DNA of 64,000 nucleotides from Thermoanaerobaculia bacterium (GTDB lineage Bacteria; Acidobacteriota; Thermoanaerobaculia; Multivoradales; UBA5704): NCBI GenBank assembly GCA_035266085.1, contig DATFNZ010000012.1, positions 2,061 to 66,060 of the forward strand, read 5' to 3'. Shown piece by piece: positions 61,041 to 64,000 of this stretch (position 1 is its first letter; each line of letters starts with the position of its first letter). The notes under the pieces were generated by a model. It saw only the letters and a program-made list of their open reading frames with translations, ran no database searches and was not told where the DNA came from. The position numbers and the translations under genes were made by a program.

Positions 61041-62020
61041 CCCTGGCCCTCCTCAACGAGGCGCCGCCGGCGCGCCGTGGCCAGCGCCGCCGGGTAGGCC
61101 CAGAGGCCGGCCCAGCAGTGGCCGAGCATGCGCAGCAGCAGCGGCGCCGGCAGCGGATCGCGCCCCGCGGCCCGGCGGGCCAGGCGCACGGCCGGCTTGA
61201 CCAGGCGCCAGGCCAGAAAGGCGAGGACGCCCAGGCGCCTGTCGCCTTCGGCGCGCAGGAGCGACTTGACCAACAGCGCGACGAGCGCCCGCTGGTGCCC
61301 GACGATCTGGTCGCGGACGGCGGCGAGGTCGCGGCGGTGCTCGTGGCGGGCGCGGGCGGCCGGCTCGTAGATCACCTCGTGGCCCGCCTGGAGGATCCGC
61401 CAGAGGGCGTCGTGATCGCCGCCCCCCGGCAGCGCCGGTCCGAGGTCGAGCGCCTCGTCGAAGCCGCCGAGGGCGAGCAGCAGCGGCCGGCGGACCGCCA
61501 GGCTGCAGCCGCTGCCCACGCTCACCGCCCAGGCGATGAGGGGCGCCCGGCGGCCGTGCAGCGGCTGGCCGGCGTCGAGCGGCAGGCGGACCCGCCGGCC
61601 GCCGCGGGCGAAGCCGCCGTTGTCCTCGAACAGGCGCTGGGCCGGCGTCTCGACCGCCAGCGCATCGACCCGCCCGGTGACGGCGCCCACCCGGGCGTCC
61701 TCGGCGAACGGGGCGAGCATCGCGGCGGCCCAGCCCGGCTGCGCCACCGCGTCGTCGTCCAGGAACGCCACCACCTCCCCCGTGGCCGCCGCGAGCGCCC
61801 GGTTGCGCGCGAAGTCGAGGCCGGCGACCGGCTCCGCGAGGTAGCGCACGGCCGGGAATTCAGCCTTGATCAGGTCCCGGGTGCGGCCATCCCGCGGGGC
61901 GTTGTCGATCACCAGGATCTCGTCCGGCGGCGCGGACTGGGCGGCGAGCGAGTCGAGGGCGCGGCGGAGCATCGCCGGCCGGTCCCGGGTGCAGATGGCG
62001 ACCGAGAGGCGCACGCTCAT
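61037..62020 (-). CDS. family-2 glycosyltransferase
   Basis: LSVAICTRDRPAMLRRALDSL, FLDDDAVAQ. Confidence 0.85.
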   Translation of the reverse strand: MSVRLSVAICTRDRPAMLRRALDSLAAQSAPPDEILVIDNAPRDGRTRDLIKAEFPAVRYLAEPVAGLDFARNRALAAATGEVVAFLDDDAVAQPGWAAAMLAPFAEDARVGAVTGRVDALAVETPAQRLFEDNGGFARGGRRVRLPLDAGQPLHGRRAPLIAWAVSVGSGCSLAVRRPLLLALGGFDEALDLGPALPGGGDHDALWRILQAGHEVIYEPAARARHEHRRDLAAVRDQIVGHQRALVALLVKSLLRAEGDRRLGVLAFLAWRLVKPAVRLARRAAGRDPLPAPLLLRMLGHCWAGLWAYPAALATARRRRLVEEGQG

Positions 62021-62976
62021 CGCCGGAACACCGTCCGCTCTTCGGCGGCGCCGGCCGGCCGGCGCCGCAGCCAGCGCAGCCCGCCGACGGTCAGGCCGGC
62101 GGAGTAGGAGAGCCGGGCGGCGGCGATCAGCGGCAGCATCCAGAGCGGCTCCAGGATCCGGTGCCGGGCCCAGCAGAGCACCGTGTGGGCGGTGTGGGAG
62201 GCGGCGAGGGGGAGGCTCGCCGCGATCAGCAGCCGCGGACGGCGATAGAGCCAGGCCCAGCGGACGGCACCGCTGCCGGCCTTGCTCTCGAGCGCGCTGT
62301 AGCCCCAGCGGTAGTTGCGGCGCAGCAGGTTGCTCAGCCCCAGCCGGTTGTGGTGGTACACCACGGCCGACGGCTCGAAGCGGATCCGCGCTCCGCTGCC
62401 CGCGAGCTGGGCCTGCCAGCGCAGCTCCTCGTGGCCGTCCGCCACCGGCCGCCGCTCGCTGAAGCCGCCGGTGGACAGGAAGGCCTTGCGGCGGACGCTC
62501 AGGTTGGCCGGCGTGTGGTTGGGCACGTAGCCGGCGGAGCGCCCGGGATGGACGTGGTACGAGCCGCAGTAGTGGTCGCAGCGGCCCGTCGCCGCCAGTC
62601 CCGGCGGGATGTCGAGCGAGCCGCCGACCGCCACCTCTCCCGCGTCGTGGGCGGCGAGGATCCGCTCCAGCCAGCCGGGGCCGGGCGAGCAGTCGGCGTC
62701 CAGGAAGACGATGGGGTCACCGGTGGCCGCGGCGGCGCCGCGGTTGCGCGCGGCGCCGGGGGAGCCCCCCAGGCCGGGACCGGGCGTGACCACCCGCGCT
62801 CCCGCGCCGGAGGCGACCGCCGCCGTGCCGTCCGTCGAGCCGTCGTCCACCACCAGCACCTCCAGCTCGACCCCCGTGGCGTGCTGCGCGAAGACGGCGT
62901 CCAGCGTGCGGCCGATCCCCCCGGCCTCGTTGCGGGCCGGGATCACCACCGACACCCGGCGCTCTTCAGGCGGCAC
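62017..62976 (-). CDS. family-2 glycosyltransferase
   Basis: VSVVIPARNEAGGIGRTLDAV, VVDDGSTDGT, FLDADCSP. Confidence 0.85.
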   Translation of the reverse strand: MPPEERRVSVVIPARNEAGGIGRTLDAVFAQHATGVELEVLVVDDGSTDGTAAVASGAGARVVTPGPGLGGSPGAARNRGAAAATGDPIVFLDADCSPGPGWLERILAAHDAGEVAVGGSLDIPPGLAATGRCDHYCGSYHVHPGRSAGYVPNHTPANLSVRRKAFLSTGGFSERRPVADGHEELRWQAQLAGSGARIRFEPSAVVYHHNRLGLSNLLRRNYRWGYSALESKAGSGAVRWAWLYRRPRLLIAASLPLAASHTAHTVLCWARHRILEPLWMLPLIAAARLSYSAGLTVGGLRWLRRRPAGAAEERTVFRR

Positions 62977-64000
62977 GGTTCACCTCCGTGTAGAGCTCGC
63001 TGACCGAGCGGACGAACTCGAACCAGCCGAACCGCTCCTCGGCGTAGGCCCGCCCCGCGTTGCCGAGGCGGGCGGCGAGCTCGCGATCCCGGAGCAGGCG
63101 CACGATGGCGCTCGCGATCTCCGGCGACCAGCCGCGGGTCAGCACGGCCCGCTCCTCGTTCAGCACGGCCCGGTGGGCGGGGACGTCGGTCGCCACGATC
63201 GGCTTGCCCGCCGCCAGGTAATCGAACACCTTGAGCGGCAGGTTGTCGCCGTACGCCCGTGGCGAGACGACCACGTCGGCCAGGGCGAGGAAGCCCGGCA
63301 CCTTCTCCCGGGGCTGGCGGTCGACCACCAGCAGGACCCCGCTCCTCACCAGCTCGGCGTGCTCGCGCTCCACGGCCGCCCTGGCCTTCGCGTCGGCCCC
63401 CACCAGCACGAAGATCACGCCGGTCACCTCCTGCCGCACGTGCGGCATGGCCGCGAGCAGAGCCGGCAGGCCCTGGTAGGTCTCGAACGTCCCGCTGTAG
63501 AGCACCACCGGCCGCCCCGGGGCGATCCCCAGGCTCCGGCGCAGGGCCTCGACCTCCGCCGGCTCCGCCGACGGCGGCAGGCTCGCGTACCGCCACTCCC
63601 GCAGCCGTGCGTGCGGCGCCGCCGCGCGCACCCCCCTGGCCAGGCCGGCGCTGCTGACGACCGAGTCGGCATGCCGCAGCAGCCAGCGCTCCAGGCCCCG
63701 GAGCGCCGACTGCGCCACCATGGTGCGGAAAGGGAGATGCTTGGCGAGCTGCTCGGGCAGGCTGGACTGCATGTCGTAGATTACCGGCACCCGGAACCGG
63801 TGGCCGAGGAGGATGGCGGGGAAGGCTGCCTCTTCCACGGCGTGGATGCACGAGTAGGAGCCGTTGGCGAGGCGCCATGCCATCTCGGGGATCAGGGTCA
63901 GGTTCAGCAGCAGCTTGGCCATCGAAAAGCCGATCGGCACCCGGCGCAAGCGGAAAGGGTTCGCCGTCCGGTAGTAGCGCACCCGCGGGATCTCGATCGT
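62966..64000 (-). CDS. family-4 (GT-B, Glycos_transf_1) glycosyltransferase, 5' end probably outside the window
   Basis: The frame stays open to position 64000, so the track start at 63982 (a GTG) is probably internal. The C-terminal domain VVSPRAYGDNLPLKVFDYLAAGKPIVATDVPAHRAVL is typical of GT4. Confidence 0.8.
   Translation of the reverse strand, partial: TIEIPRVRYYRTANPFRLRRVPIGFSMAKLLLNLTLIPEMAWRLANGSYSCIHAVEEAAFPAILLGHRFRVPVIYDMQSSLPEQLAKHLPFRTMVAQSALRGLERWLLRHADSVVSSAGLARGVRAAAPHARLREWRYASLPPSAEPAEVEALRRSLGIAPGRPVVLYSGTFETYQGLPALLAAMPHVRQEVTGVIFVLVGADAKARAAVEREHAELVRSGVLLVVDRQPREKVPGFLALADVVVSPRAYGDNLPLKVFDYLAAGKPIVATDVPAHRAVLNEERAVLTRGWSPEIASAIVRLLRDRELAARLGNAGRAYAEERFGWFEFVRSVSELYTEVNRAA

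Overview
High-GC bacterial chromosomal window (GC judged by eye, not computed). The TPR/FG-GAP-ASPIC proteins, M16 peptidases and TonB receptor suggest an Acidobacteriota-like soil bacterium, but that is inference only. I support about 55 CDS, no rRNA or tRNA genes and no CRISPR array. Many long Arg/Pro/Gly-rich track ORFs are out-of-frame or antisense shadows of the real genes. The backbone is housekeeping and envelope genes: SpoIIE phosphatase, ChaN-PDZ, two M16 peptidases, FKBP, TonB receptor, peroxiredoxin, MFS, MATE, adenosine-deaminase-like protein, quinone oxidoreductase, and an ABC-transporter-dependent glycosyltransferase cluster. Visibly lower-GC accessory insertions interrupt it. 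Items most worth follow-up: (1) A translationally coupled Ser/Thr-kinase + GAF-sigma54-activator operon is bracketed by two sigma-54-type promoters. Both promoters carry the same CTGCC-N10-GGCAG upstream palindrome and drive small cargo genes, one of them AidA/PixA-like. (2) A three-gene operon encodes a membrane CHAT-TPR protein, a secreted TPR protein and a large lipoprotein with Ig-like repeats and a C14 caspase domain; a third CHAT gene lies 8 kb upstream behind a UPF0175/DUF3368 toxin-antitoxin (TA) pair. (3) A cluster of three secreted proteins carries an NLP/Vps62-like HxDWE-type motif, and two of them have near-identical 3' ends. (4) An ABC-type ATPase + DUF4276-like pair looks like an OLD/PARIS/AbiL-style defence module. 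(5) Several repeat systems are present: MITE-like elements with hairpin-forming terminal inverted repeats (TIRs), nested palindromes, an 8 x 21 bp tandem array, and duplicated gene-end fragments that mark nested insertions in an integrase-less island (about 36.3-48.0 kb). All family assignments come from motifs read by eye and need profile searches.
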